A stretch of 35,373 bases of DNA from Mycobacterium sp. (GTDB taxonomy: Bacteria > Actinomycetota > Actinomycetes > Mycobacteriales > Mycobacteriaceae), in NCBI GenBank assembly GCA_050701675.1, contig JBOGDD010000283.1, one strand, 5' to 3'. The notes beneath the pieces are model-generated. The model was not told where the DNA came from and did no database searches. It saw only the letters and a program-made list of their open reading frames with translations. Shown here one piece after another: positions 13,261 through 22,237 of this stretch (its first letter is position 1; each line of letters starts with the position of its first letter). A program made the position numbers and the translations under genes.

Positions 13261-13985
13261 CCGGCGGCGGCAGTGGGAAACCGGGCCGGCGGGTTGCCGC
13301 CCGAGCCACCGTCGGCACTGCTCTTGACGTCGGCGGCGTACAGATCGACGTACTCCTGGTCGGCCAGTTGCATCAACTCGTACATCACCTCGTCGATGAC
13401 GGCCCGTTCGATGAAGCGGTTGCCGGCCAGACCCTCGAAACGGGTGAAGTCCAAGGGCTTGCCGAAGCGAACCTCCACACGACCGAAGTGCCACATCTTG
13501 GACCCGGGCGGGTTGACGACATCGGTGCCCACCATCGCAACCGGGATGACCGGGACCCCGGTCTCCAGCGCGAGGCGCGCCAGGCCCGTCTTGCCCTTGT
13601 AGAGGCGACCGTCGGGCGAACGGGTGCCCTCGGGATACATGCCGAGCACCTTGCCCTCGCCGAGGATGCGCTCCGCGCTGGTGAGCGCACCCTGCGCGGC
13701 GTCGGCGTCGGTGCGGTCGATGGATACCTGACCGGCCGCGGTGTAGAACCACCGTTGGAACCAGCCCTTGAGGCCGGTGCCGGTGAAGTACTCGGCCTTC
13801 GCCAGGTAGGTGATCCGCCGGTTCACAGCCAGGCATAGGTAGAAACTGTCGGCGACAGCGAGGTGGTTACTGGCGAGGATGACCGCCCCAGAGCTCGGGA
13901 CATGCTCCAGCCCTTGCACTTTCGGGCGGCCGAGCAATGACAGCAGCGGTCCCATGAAGATGTACTTGAACAGCCAATACCACAT
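13257..13985 (-). CDS. plsC: 1-acylglycerol-3-phosphate O-acyltransferase (Rv2182c-like)
   Basis: NHLAVAD (HX4D), [24 protein letters not shown] before ATG 13985 (MWYWLFKY). Confidence 0.9.
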   Translation of the reverse strand: MWYWLFKYIFMGPLLSLLGRPKVQGLEHVPSSGAVILASNHLAVADSFYLCLAVNRRITYLAKAEYFTGTGLKGWFQRWFYTAAGQVSIDRTDADAAQGALTSAERILGEGKVLGMYPEGTRSPDGRLYKGKTGLARLALETGVPVIPVAMVGTDVVNPPGSKMWHFGRVEVRFGKPLDFTRFEGLAGNRFIERAVIDEVMYELMQLADQEYVDLYAADVKSSADGGSGGNPPARFPTAAAG

Positions 13986-14044
13986 CGAGCCTCCCGCGGG
14001 GGGCACCCGGACGGCGCCTTGCGACAACTGTACCCAGTTGCGGC

Positions 14045-14467
14045 TCACTCCTCGACGGTGACGGGGATGTGCTGATAGTTGCCGGGTCCGGGTGGCGGCG
14101 GATCGCCGTCGGGTCGGGGTCCGGCGGGTCCGGACGGATCCGTGGGTGGCTCGGGTTCAGTCTGCCCCGTCTCGCCGGTGTCCATCGCGTCGGCCATCGC
14201 ACGAACGACCGCCAGCAGAGCCACGCTGTGCTCGGCGATCACGGTCAGCAACGGGTGCTGCTCCCCCGTCACCAACGCTGCCAGCGCGCACACCGGGCAC
14301 CACACCTGCTGGCATCTGCTCTCGCCGCCTGAGGTGGCACGCGCGGCGGCCAGCCTGACGGCGGGGTCGAGCCGATCCAGGATGGACTGCGCCAACTGCC
14401 GCAGCTCTGGAGCCACGTCTGAATGTCGCCGCCCAGCGGCTCCGGCGTCTGTGCGGAACTCACTCAC
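14045..14467 (-). CDS. Conserved hypothetical protein with C-x4-C-x2-C motif (Rv2183c-like)
   Basis: GTG 14467 overlaps the ATPase stop (GTGA). ELRQLAQSILDRLDP, CQQVWCPVCAL, GEQHPLL, Pro-rich linker, YQHIPVTVEE. Confidence 0.78.
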   Translation of the reverse strand: MSEFRTDAGAAGRRHSDVAPELRQLAQSILDRLDPAVRLAAARATSGGESRCQQVWCPVCALAALVTGEQHPLLTVIAEHSVALLAVVRAMADAMDTGETGQTEPEPPTDPSGPAGPRPDGDPPPPGPGNYQHIPVTVEE

Positions 14468-15756
14468 GCCGGCCACACCTCCGGATTCGGTCGAAAACGC
14501 ACCGTCAGTTCGCCACCGCGCAGTTGCGCGTCCACCACGATGCATCGCCGTAGTACGGAGGCCAACCGAACGCGGCGACGCGTGCCTCCGGCGCCGATGA
14601 TCAGGTCGTCGTCGACCCTGCCAAGCGTCAACGCCCCAGGATCGACCTGCGGCAACTGTAGCCGCATCCGATACACCGCATCGAGCCCGGTTCCGGATTC
14701 CCGGTCGACCACGGGACGCACGGGCGCCGGGGGTGCCGACCCGTCGCGGCGCCGTGCGCTCTCGAGCAGCTCGGCGAGCGCCTTCGGGCCGATCGGCTCC
14801 CCGGCCAGGTGCGGGACGAGCACCAGTTTGACGTCGCCGATCGTCGCGTCGAGCTCGTCGAGGACGATCCGCTGCTCGACGATCCGCTCGGTGTACCAGT
14901 CGAACGCGGGATGTTCGGGCAGGTTCCGGTACTCGAACGAGTCGTCCTGCACCAGAATCTGATTCACGATCAGTTCGGCGACGGATACACCCATCAGGGC
15001 CAGGGAGCCCAGGGTGCGGGCCGCTTCGGACGCCACCACCCGCTCGGCGGTGAGCACCAGATGGGCGCTCACGCGGGAGGAGTCGGTGAGCAGCTCCCCG
15101 AGCCGATCGGTGGCCGCGGCCACCCGTTCCAGTAGCTCGACGATGCCTGTTGATCCGGCGTCGCCAGCGGCCAGGGAGAGCCTGCGGTGCCGTGGCCAGG
15201 CCCTTTCGAGGTAGAGGCCGAACGTGGCGGGCAGTGTGAGCATGCGCATGGCGTCTGCCGTCGACGCGCAGTCGACGACGACGTGATCCCATCGACCCGA
15301 GGCGGCGAGCTCGGCGACCTCGTCGAGACCGAGCACCTCCTGAATCCCTGGCAACGCCGAGAGTTCCTCTGGGGCAATGTTTCCGAGATCAGACTCCGGG
15401 AAGCGGCCGGCGACGACACCCGCCACCTGACGCCAGCGCTGCTCCAACAGCGCCAGCGTGTCGAGGGCAAGGGCGTCCAGCGAGCCTCCGGTCCCCGCGT
15501 CCGGTCCGGCATCGAGGTCGGCGAGCACCCTGGTCGGATTGCGCTCCCCCGTCGGGACCACGCTCACGCCAAGTACGTCACCCGTGGAATGGGCCTGGTC
15601 GGTGGACACGACGAGCACGCGCAGGCCGTTGCGCGCATCGCGCACCGCAGTGGCCGTCGCCAACGTGGACTTGCCTACCCCACCCTTGCCGACGAAGAGG
15701 CTGATCCTGGCGCTGGTGACCGCCGAAGGTCCGTCCGCCGCGCCACGCTCAGTCAG
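14464..15756 (-). CDS. ArsA/Get3-family ATPase with C-terminal HSP20-like domain (Rv2184c-like); probable CTG start
   Basis: In frame upstream of the ORF-track start: ARISLFVGKGGVGKSTLA (deviant Walker A). Then VSTDQAHS, LPGIQE, VVVDCAST, LIVNQ, EPIG. An in-frame TGA lies at 15783-15781 and there is no ATG/GTG/TTG before the P-loop; CTG at 15756. Confidence 0.85.
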   Translation of the reverse strand: MTERGAADGPSAVTSARISLFVGKGGVGKSTLATATAVRDARNGLRVLVVSTDQAHSTGDVLGVSVVPTGERNPTRVLADLDAGPDAGTGGSLDALALDTLALLEQRWRQVAGVVAGRFPESDLGNIAPEELSALPGIQEVLGLDEVAELAASGRWDHVVVDCASTADAMRMLTLPATFGLYLERAWPRHRRLSLAAGDAGSTGIVELLERVAAATDRLGELLTDSSRVSAHLVLTAERVVASEAARTLGSLALMGVSVAELIVNQILVQDDSFEYRNLPEHPAFDWYTERIVEQRIVLDELDATIGDVKLVLVPHLAGEPIGPKALAELLESARRRDGSAPPAPVRPVVDRESGTGLDAVYRMRLQLPQVDPGALTLGRVDDDLIIGAGGTRRRVRLASVLRRCIVVDAQLRGGELTVRFRPNPEVWPA

Positions 15757-16186
15757 CCTCGACTCGTTTCTTGAGATCCTTCAGTGCCGTGTCGGTGAGC
15801 CTGCGTTCCGCCTTGCGCTTCAGGAGCCCGATCATCGGAATGACCAGGTCGACGGCCAGCTCGTAGGTGACGTCGGTACCAGAACCCTTGGGCGACAGAA
15901 GATATGCGCCGTTGAGTGCCTTGAGTAGCGAACTGGAGACCAGTGACCACCTCACCGAGGCGTGGTCGGGGGGCCAGGTGTAGGACAACACCATGGTGTC
16001 CTTGAGCACGGCGGCGTCCAGCACCAGTCGGGCCGTCTTCGGATACCCCTCGCCGTCGATCTCGAGGACCTCGGTCTCCTTGTACTCGGCGACCCAGTCC
16101 GGGTACGAGCCGATGTCGGCGATGACGTCCATCACCGTCGACGGGTCGGCGTCGATGAAGATCGTCTGCGCAGTCTTGTCCGCCAC
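15749..16186 (-). CDS. SRPBCC/polyketide cyclase-dehydrase (START-like) protein (Rv2185c-like)
   Basis: IDADPSTVMDVIADIGSYPDW, GTDVTYEL, C-terminal helix ALKDLKKRVE; SD GGAGAAG. Confidence 0.87.
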   Translation of the reverse strand: MADKTAQTIFIDADPSTVMDVIADIGSYPDWVAEYKETEVLEIDGEGYPKTARLVLDAAVLKDTMVLSYTWPPDHASVRWSLVSSSLLKALNGAYLLSPKGSGTDVTYELAVDLVIPMIGLLKRKAERRLTDTALKDLKKRVEAD

Positions 16187-16269
16187 GTGTTCACTTCTCC
16201 GGGTCGCTAGTGCGCTAGTGGACTCGCGTCCTTCCGCTCAAAATGTACCCGCAAGGGGTCGGTCGCACG

Positions 16270-16659
16270 TCACGCCAGTCGGGACACCCCGACCGTGCGG
16301 GACTCCTCCAGTTTCTGCTTCACCTCGAAGGCCATCCGCTTGCCTGCCACCCTGCGGTGATGGTTGGCCTTGGCCAGGTTCATCCTGGCCAGCTCCCAGG
16401 CGGTCACCCCAGACGGCTCGGCGTGCAGGAAGTAGTGCAGGATCACGCCGTCGAACGAGGTCTCCAGCCAGATCTCCATGGTGCCCGCGAGCGCGCCGGT
16501 GACGGTCCAGCGCTGCCCAGCGGGCCCCCGGTCCTCGACCACGACCAGCCGCAGGTCGGGCCACCAACGTCGCCAACTGGCGGGATCGGCGATCGCCCTG
16601 CCCACGTCGGCCGGATCTGCGCAGACGAATGTCTCGTCGGCGACTTGAATACTGTTCAT
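16270..16659 (-). CDS. SRPBCC/polyketide cyclase-like protein (Rv2186c-like)
   Basis: MNSIQVADETF, WRRWWPDL, GTMEIWLE, LHYFLHAEP; synteny. Confidence 0.82.
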   Translation of the reverse strand: MNSIQVADETFVCADPADVGRAIADPASWRRWWPDLRLVVVEDRGPAGQRWTVTGALAGTMEIWLETSFDGVILHYFLHAEPSGVTAWELARMNLAKANHHRRVAGKRMAFEVKQKLEESRTVGVSRLA

Positions 16660-16761
16660 CGCTGCCTAGCTTCACACATGCGCCCCCGCGGCTCTTCGGC
16701 GGCCGACTAGGCTGAGACGGCGGATTTCCTCAGGTACCCCCCCGTCCGAAAGGGCCAAATC

Positions 16762-18570
16762 GTGCACGAGTTCAGTGTTCCCGCCTCCTTCACCGTCGGC
16801 GAGCACGACACCGTCGTCAGCTCGGTGTTCTCCCACGAGGCCGACGATCCAGACCACGTGATCGTCCAGCGCCTCGTCGATGGGTCATGGACGGACGTGA
16901 CGTGCTCGAAGGTCGCGGACGAAGTTCGTTCGGCAGCTTTGGGTTTGATCGCCGAGGGCATCCAGCCCGGTGACCGGGTCGCGATCCTGTCCGCCACCCG
17001 CTACGAGTGGGCGATCCTCGACTTCGCGATTCTGTCCATCGGCGCCGTCACCGTCCCGATCTACGAGACCAGCTCGGCCGAGCAGGTGCGGTTCGTCCTT
17101 TCCGATTCGGGCGCAGTCGCTGCCTTCGCCGAGACCGACGAACACGCCAAGAAGATCGAGCAGCTCTCCGAAGAGCTGCCGGAGCTGCGTCTGGTCCTGC
17201 GCATCGACGGGACGGGTCCGTCGGCTCTCGACCAGCTCGCCGCCAAGGGCAAGGCCACCGACCCCGCGGAAGTCCAGGCCCGGCTGGAGGCCATCAAGTC
17301 GGCCGACGTCGCGACGCTCGTCTATACCTCCGGCACCACGGGTCGGCCCAAGGGTTGCCAGCTGACGCACTCGAACCTGCTGTACGAAATGCGCGGCGCC
17401 AAGGCGTGCTTCCCTGCCCTGCTGGACAAGGGCGAGAAGCTGCTGGTCTTCCTGCCGCTGGCCCACGTGCTGGCCCGCGCCATCACGATTGCGGCGTTCA
17501 GCAACAAGGTGACCCTGGGGTTCACCAGCGACGTCAAGAACCTGGTGCCCACGTTGGGGGTGTTCAAGCCGACGTTGGTGGTCTCCGTGCCGCGGGTCTT
17601 CGAGAAGGTCTACAACACCGCCGAGCAGAATGCCCACGATGGCGGCAAGGACAAGATCTTCGCCGCGGCAGCGAACACCGCGATCGAGTGGAGCCAGGCG
17701 CACGAGAAGGGCAAGCCCGGCCTGCTGCTCAACCTCAAGCACGCCCTGTTCGACCGACTGGTCTACGGCAAGCTGCGGGCGGCCCTCGGCGGCAATTGCC
17801 ACGCCGCCATCTCCGGTGGCGCCCCGCTGGGCGCCCGGCTCGGGCACTTCTACCGGGGCGTCGGCCTCACCATCTACGAGGGCTACGGGCTGACCGAGAC
17901 GAGCGCGGCGATCACCGTGAACCGGGTCGGCGACGTGAAGGTCGGATCGGTCGGAAAGCTGTTGCCGGGCAACAGTATGCGCATTGACAACGATACCGAG
18001 CTGCTGGTCTCTGGCGGGGTGGTTTTCAGCGGCTATTGGCGCAACGAGGCGGAGACCGAGGCGGTGTTCTCCAACGGCTGGTTCCACACGGGCGACCTCG
18101 GGGCGATCGACGAGAACGGTTTCCTGACCATCATCGGCCGCAAGAAGGAGATCATCGTGACCGCGGGCGGCAAGAACGTCGCCCCAGCACTGCTCGAGGA
18201 CAGGCTGCGCGCGCACTCGCTGATCAGCCAGGCGATGGTCGTCGGTGACGCGCAACCGTTCATCGCCGCCCTGATCACGATCGACCCGGAGGCATTCCCC
18301 GGATGGAAGCAGCGCAACGGCAAGGACGCGTCGGCCACGGTGGGCGACCTTTCCGAGGATCCCGACCTGCTCGCCGAGGTCGATCTTGCGGTCAAGGATG
18401 CCAATCAGGCGGTGTCGCACGCGGAGTCGATCCGCAAGATCCGGATCTTGCCCGTCGACTTCACCGAGGACACGGGTGAACTGACGCCGACGATGAAGGT
18501 CAAGCGGAAGGTCGTCGCCGAGAAGTTCGGCAGCGACATCGACGCGCTGTACGCGAAGTCCGGGGACTAA
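16762..18570 (+). CDS. fadD15: Long-chain fatty acyl-CoA synthetase
   Basis: [59 protein letters not shown]. Confidence 0.92.
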   Translation: MHEFSVPASFTVGEHDTVVSSVFSHEADDPDHVIVQRLVDGSWTDVTCSKVADEVRSAALGLIAEGIQPGDRVAILSATRYEWAILDFAILSIGAVTVPIYETSSAEQVRFVLSDSGAVAAFAETDEHAKKIEQLSEELPELRLVLRIDGTGPSALDQLAAKGKATDPAEVQARLEAIKSADVATLVYTSGTTGRPKGCQLTHSNLLYEMRGAKACFPALLDKGEKLLVFLPLAHVLARAITIAAFSNKVTLGFTSDVKNLVPTLGVFKPTLVVSVPRVFEKVYNTAEQNAHDGGKDKIFAAAANTAIEWSQAHEKGKPGLLLNLKHALFDRLVYGKLRAALGGNCHAAISGGAPLGARLGHFYRGVGLTIYEGYGLTETSAAITVNRVGDVKVGSVGKLLPGNSMRIDNDTELLVSGGVVFSGYWRNEAETEAVFSNGWFHTGDLGAIDENGFLTIIGRKKEIIVTAGGKNVAPALLEDRLRAHSLISQAMVVGDAQPFIAALITIDPEAFPGWKQRNGKDASATVGDLSEDPDLLAEVDLAVKDANQAVSHAESIRKIRILPVDFTEDTGELTPTMKVKRKVVAEKFGSDIDALYAKSGD

Positions 18571-19727
18571 CCGGTCAGGAGTTTCGAGAGACGCTCCGCC
18601 TTGGTGCGCCACTGCCAGTTGTCGACGACCCAGTCGCGGCCCGCTGCGCCCATCGCCGCTGCGCGGTCCTGGTCGGCAAGGAGGTCTCCGACGGCAGCGG
18701 CGATCGCGCCGACGTCCCAGCCGTCGACCACCAACCCGGTCTCGCCGTCGAGAACCGATTCCGGTGCGCCACCGGACCGGCCCGCGATCACCGGCACACC
18801 CGTCGCCGATGCCTCGAGGTAGACGATGCCAAGTCCTTCGACGTCGAGCCCTGACCCGCGGGTACGGCACGGCATCGCAAAGACGTCGGCCATCGCGTGG
18901 TGCGCGGGCAGTTCGTCGGAAGGCACTCCGTCGGTGAAGATCACGTGCTCGGCGACGCCGAAACCGTGTGCGAGACGGCGCAATTTGTCCCGGTAGGGCC
19001 CACCGCCGACGATGACCAGCGCCGCTCCGTGGACACGCTGACGGATGGCGGGCAGTGCGCGGATCAGCATGTCCTGACCCTTGCGGGGCACCAGCCGGGA
19101 CACGCAGACGACGACGGGACGGGCGCCAAGGCGGTAGCGGGCGCGCAACTCGGCCCTGGCCACCGGGTCGGGCTCGAAACGGTCGGTGTCGACACCGGGC
19201 GCCAGGTGCTCGAGCGCGGCGTCGGGCCCGAAGGCGGCAGCGAAGCGGCCGCGGGTGTACTGGCTGATGAAGGTCACGACATCGGTGTCGTTTCCGATGC
19301 GCCGCAACGCCGTTCGCGCCAGAGGAAGCATCGACCAGCCCACTTCGTGACCGTGTGTACTGGCGATCACCCGGCTCGCCCCGGCATCACGCGCCAGCGG
19401 GGAGAGCAGCGCCAGCGGGGCGGCGGCTCCGAACCACACCGTGTCGATGTCCCGGTCGGTGATGAGCTTGCGCATCCGCCGCGCCACCGTCGGTTCCGGA
19501 ATCATCAGCGTCGTCGGGTGCCGCACCACCTCGAAACCGGTGGCGCTCGCCTGCCCGGCTTGTTTGGCTTGTTCATCGTAGTCGGCGTCACCCTTCCACT
19601 TCGGCGCATAGACCGTCAGGGTGTGCGTGCCAACCCGGGCCAGTTCGACGACCAGGTTCTCGAGGTAGGACTGGATGCCACCGCGGCGAGGCGGAAAATC
19701 GTTGGTCACCAGCAGGATTCGGGCCAC
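18567..19727 (-). CDS. pimB: GT4 phosphatidylinositol mannoside alpha-mannosyltransferase PimB'
   Basis: [44 protein letters not shown]. Confidence 0.9.
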   Translation of the reverse strand: MARILLVTNDFPPRRGGIQSYLENLVVELARVGTHTLTVYAPKWKGDADYDEQAKQAGQASATGFEVVRHPTTLMIPEPTVARRMRKLITDRDIDTVWFGAAAPLALLSPLARDAGASRVIASTHGHEVGWSMLPLARTALRRIGNDTDVVTFISQYTRGRFAAAFGPDAALEHLAPGVDTDRFEPDPVARAELRARYRLGARPVVVCVSRLVPRKGQDMLIRALPAIRQRVHGAALVIVGGGPYRDKLRRLAHGFGVAEHVIFTDGVPSDELPAHHAMADVFAMPCRTRGSGLDVEGLGIVYLEASATGVPVIAGRSGGAPESVLDGETGLVVDGWDVGAIAAAVGDLLADQDRAAAMGAAGRDWVVDNWQWRTKAERLSKLLTG

Positions 19728-20582
19728 TTACTGCCCGCTGAGCCAGGCACGCCACGCCGCCATCACCGCAGGGGTGTCCGCGCCGAGGGCACTCTTGATG
19801 GCGGTGCCCTGATCCGGGTGGCCGGGGCCGCACGCGGTGAGATACAGCCCCCGCAGCGTCTGGGCCCCGTAGCGACTGGCGACGAAACGACTGAACCACC
19901 ACGCCCTGTCGTAGGCCAGCGACCGGACGGCACCCGGTGTGTCGAGGTCGGCGTCGGTGGGAAGCCGAGCGACTTCGGAGGCGCGTGCCGAGGCGGGAAA
20001 CGGTGTCGGAGGCCTGCCGACGTAGTCTGCGACGCCCTCGGTGAGCCAGCGCGGCGCGTCGACCGCCGTATGCCCCCTTGCGGCGTAGTGAAAGAGCTCG
20101 TGGCGCAGAACGATTCGCAGCGACGCATCACTCATCGTGCTTGCACCTGGCGCGAAGACGATCCGCTGCGCCGTCGTCGCGGCGGCGATGTCGGAATCAC
20201 CGGACGCGAGTGCCCGGAACTCCTCGTCGGTGCCGGTGAGCACGACGGAGATGTTACGGGGCCAGTCGTCGCCCCAGAACGACGTGACGGCGTCCGCGGC
20301 ACCGTCGAGCTCGGACCATATCCGAGCCTCGAGGCCTGCCGTCTGGGCTCCCCCGAGCGCCACCAGTGAGACCGTGCGGCCGTCGGTCAGAGTCAGCGGA
20401 TCCGTCGGCGTGGTCGGCACGTCGAGCGACGCATGGGTGGCGGCGGGCGGGGTTTGATCCGCCGGATGCGTCGCACCGAAGGGATGCGCGATCAGGACGA
20501 TGGCGGCGGCGACCAGTTCGACGAGCAGCAGCAGGCCGAGACGCGGCCGCTCAGTAACGACGGACGTTGTGAATCGGCGCAT
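19728..20582 (-). CDS. Membrane-anchored or secreted HExxH protein, putative zinc peptidase (Rv2189c-like)
   Basis: N-terminal hydrophobic helix; LRHELFHYA...PRWLTEGVADY; start uncertain (overlaps the ripC end). Confidence 0.75.
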   Translation of the reverse strand: MRRFTTSVVTERPRLGLLLLVELVAAAIVLIAHPFGATHPADQTPPAATHASLDVPTTPTDPLTLTDGRTVSLVALGGAQTAGLEARIWSELDGAADAVTSFWGDDWPRNISVVLTGTDEEFRALASGDSDIAAATTAQRIVFAPGASTMSDASLRIVLRHELFHYAARGHTAVDAPRWLTEGVADYVGRPPTPFPASARASEVARLPTDADLDTPGAVRSLAYDRAWWFSRFVASRYGAQTLRGLYLTACGPGHPDQGTAIKSALGADTPAVMAAWRAWLSGQ

Positions 20583-21708
20583 TGTCCATCGGAGCGACGC
20601 GCACCGGTGTGCCGTATGTCGAGGCGTGCACCATCATGCCGTCACCGATGTAGATGCCCACGTGCGAGGCATCGGAGTAATAGGTGATGAGGTCGCCTGG
20701 CTGCATCTGGTCCCTGGACACCGGCTGACCGCCCTGCGCGAGAGCCTGGCTGGAGTGCGGCAGGTTGACGCCCGCCTGGCCGAAGGCCCACATGACGAGG
20801 CCGGAACAGTCGAACGCGCTCGGACCCGATGCGCCCCACGAGTACGGCGATCCGATCCGGGTCAGAGCTGCCTGAACGGCCATCATGCCTTCGGGCGCGC
20901 CACCGGGAACGACGGCTCCCTCGGGCGGCGTCAGCGCGGCCTCTGGCGGGGCCAGATCGCCGGGGGCGATGCCACCTGGCGCGGCAGCAAGCACTTCGGG
21001 TCCGTCGGCGGGCGGCGGAGCGTCAGGGGCGGCCACTGGCGGAGCCGGCGGCACCGTGGCCAAGGCTTCACGCTGGGCCGGGGTCAGCGCCGTGTACTGC
21101 GACTTGACGATGGCCATCTGCACTTGCAGTTTGCTTTGCTTTGATTGCAGGTCCGCGCGCACGGCCGCGGCCTGCTCGGCAGCCGTTTTCGCGTCGGCAG
21201 CCGACTTAGCGGACTCCACCTCGGCCCGGTTGGCCAGAACGCTGGAGCTCTTGAAGTTCTGCATCTGCACCGACATCTCGGTGGCCATCACCCGTTGCAC
21301 GGCGAGTTGGTCGATGAGCCGCTGGGGCGAATCGGCGGTGAGCATCGCGTCGAGCCCGTCCGTGCGCCCACCCATGTACTGGGCGGCGGCAACTCTGTCG
21401 ACGGAAGTCTGAAAGGTTGCCAGCTGGGCCTTGGCAGAATCTGTCGCTGCGAGGTCCGACGCATGCTTCTGGTCGGCCGTCCGCTGCGCTGCCAGCTTGG
21501 AATTGAGATCCAGCTCGGCGGTGTGCATTGCCTCGGTGGTCTGTTCGGCCTGCCGGGACAGCTCGTTGAGCTTTGCCATCGCATCGGCGGCGGGGTCGGC
21601 GTGCACTGTTCCCGCGACCACACCCCCGAACACCACTAGCCCTGCTATGGCACCAACTACCGGTCGCCGAAGACCACGTGCGCTTCGGTGCATAGCGTCA
21701 AACCTCAA
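20551..21708 (-). CDS. ripC: NlpC/P60 peptidoglycan endopeptidase RipC (Rv2190c-like)
   Basis: Signal peptide, long coiled coil, Pro/Ala linker, catalytic domain PYSWGASGPSAFDCSGLV..HVGIY..MVHA. Confidence 0.92.
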   Translation of the reverse strand: MRFDAMHRSARGLRRPVVGAIAGLVVFGGVVAGTVHADPAADAMAKLNELSRQAEQTTEAMHTAELDLNSKLAAQRTADQKHASDLAATDSAKAQLATFQTSVDRVAAAQYMGGRTDGLDAMLTADSPQRLIDQLAVQRVMATEMSVQMQNFKSSSVLANRAEVESAKSAADAKTAAEQAAAVRADLQSKQSKLQVQMAIVKSQYTALTPAQREALATVPPAPPVAAPDAPPPADGPEVLAAAPGGIAPGDLAPPEAALTPPEGAVVPGGAPEGMMAVQAALTRIGSPYSWGASGPSAFDCSGLVMWAFGQAGVNLPHSSQALAQGGQPVSRDQMQPGDLITYYSDASHVGIYIGDGMMVHASTYGTPVRVAPMDNAPIHNVRRY

Positions 21709-21756
21709 GATTTCGCGTCCTCAACTGCCGTAAGCGAGCCGCTCGAACTGCGTTAG

Positions 21757-21815
21757 GTCTCAGACAGGTTACGAAACGGCATCGGGGTTGTCCAACAGAA
21801 GACGCAAATTTAACA
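21757..21815 (-). promoter_or_regulatory. Candidate ripC promoter (extended -10 TGTTAAATT) and GTAAC-N6-GAGAC direct repeat
   Basis: Minus strand TGT-TAAATT at 21815-21807; GTAAC-ctgtct-GAGAC at 21772-21757 resembles an OmpR-family (MtrA/GlnR) GTnAC-N6-GTnAC box. Confidence 0.4.
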
Positions 21816-21846
21816 GGCTCCGCGGGAATTTTTCGCTCGCCCCGCG

Positions 21847-21873
21847 ATAAACGGGGTCGTTACGCGACCCCGT
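21847..21873 (-). terminator. Hairpin or putative terminator at the end of the small Cys-rich gene
   Basis: ACGGGGTCG-cgtaa-CGACCCCGT followed by TTAT; the TAA stop lies in the loop. Confidence 0.55.
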
Positions 21874-22126
21874 CGACGGTCTTCCGGTGAATCGGCACCA
21901 ACCGTAGCCGAGGCGCCATGCCGGCGTCTGCGAGCACCTCCAGTGCACGGCGCTCATCTGCGAGCAAAGTGTCTGGCACGCCTAGCAAGACACTCACGAC
22001 ACAGTCCTTGCAGCCGTGTCCGCGCACCGCGCAGTCGTCGCAATCGATGTGGATGGTTCCCGCACCGGTTCCGGCGTCGAGCTCGGGCGGGTCTGTCGGG
22101 TCCGGCTCCATCTCTGCTCGAGTCAT
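21860..22126 (-). CDS. Small Cys-rich putative metal-binding protein (88 aa)
   Basis: IHIDCDDCAVRGHGCKDCVVSVLLG...ERRALEVLADAGMAPRLRLV; SD AGAGGAG 7 nt before ATG 22126. Confidence 0.75.
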   Translation of the reverse strand: MTRAEMEPDPTDPPELDAGTGAGTIHIDCDDCAVRGHGCKDCVVSVLLGVPDTLLADERRALEVLADAGMAPRLRLVPIHRKTVDGVA

Positions 22127-22152
22127 GGCCGCACTCCTCTCATTCGAGTCAT
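22123..22152 (-). CDS. Putative leaderless 9-aa uORF (MTRMRGVRP)
   Basis: ATG lies 6 nt after the -10 hexamer TAGCGT; its TGA overlaps the downstream ATG (ATGA). Confidence 0.3.
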   Translation of the reverse strand: MTRMRGVRP

Positions 22153-22158
22153 GTGCGC

Positions 22159-22180
22159 ACGCTAACGAGACCCCCCGACA
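22159..22180 (-). promoter_or_regulatory. PafBC-type (RecA-NDp) promoter for the small Cys-rich gene
   Basis: TGTCGG-ggggtctcgt-TAGCGT, an exact match to TGTCGG-N10-TA-N3-T. Confidence 0.75.
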
Positions 22181-22215
22181 AACGCCGACATCGGAATCAC
22201 ATCGATGTGAGTCGC

Positions 22216-22237
22216 TGTCGGCCCATGGGCCTACGGT
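22216..22237 (+). promoter_or_regulatory. PafBC-type (RecA-NDp) promoter for the DEDD/GIY-YIG nuclease gene
   Basis: TGTCGG-cccatgggcc-TACGGT, exact motif, 6 nt before ATG 22244 (leaderless geometry). Confidence 0.85.

Noticed and set aside
14464..15756. Arsenic resistance ATPase, or a pseudogene lacking Walker A
   Set aside because: No ars operon context, a single ATPase domain, and an intact in-frame P-loop upstream of the called start.
16885..18870. Long antisense ORFs (661 aa here; also 9205-10659, 18897-20369, 699-1970, 28431-29444)
   Set aside because: They mirror well-supported genes on the opposite strand and have no motifs; typical shadow ORFs of high-GC codon usage.
21709..21850. 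c-di-AMP (ydaO) riboswitch upstream of the NlpC/P60 gene
   Set aside because: The leader is short and I could not see the conserved ydaO segments.
22197..22210. CRP site or LexA SOS box near the nuclease gene
   Set aside because: TCACA-N4-TGTGA has the wrong order and spacing for CRP (TGTGA-N6-TCACA); no TCGAAC-N4-GTTCGA match was found.
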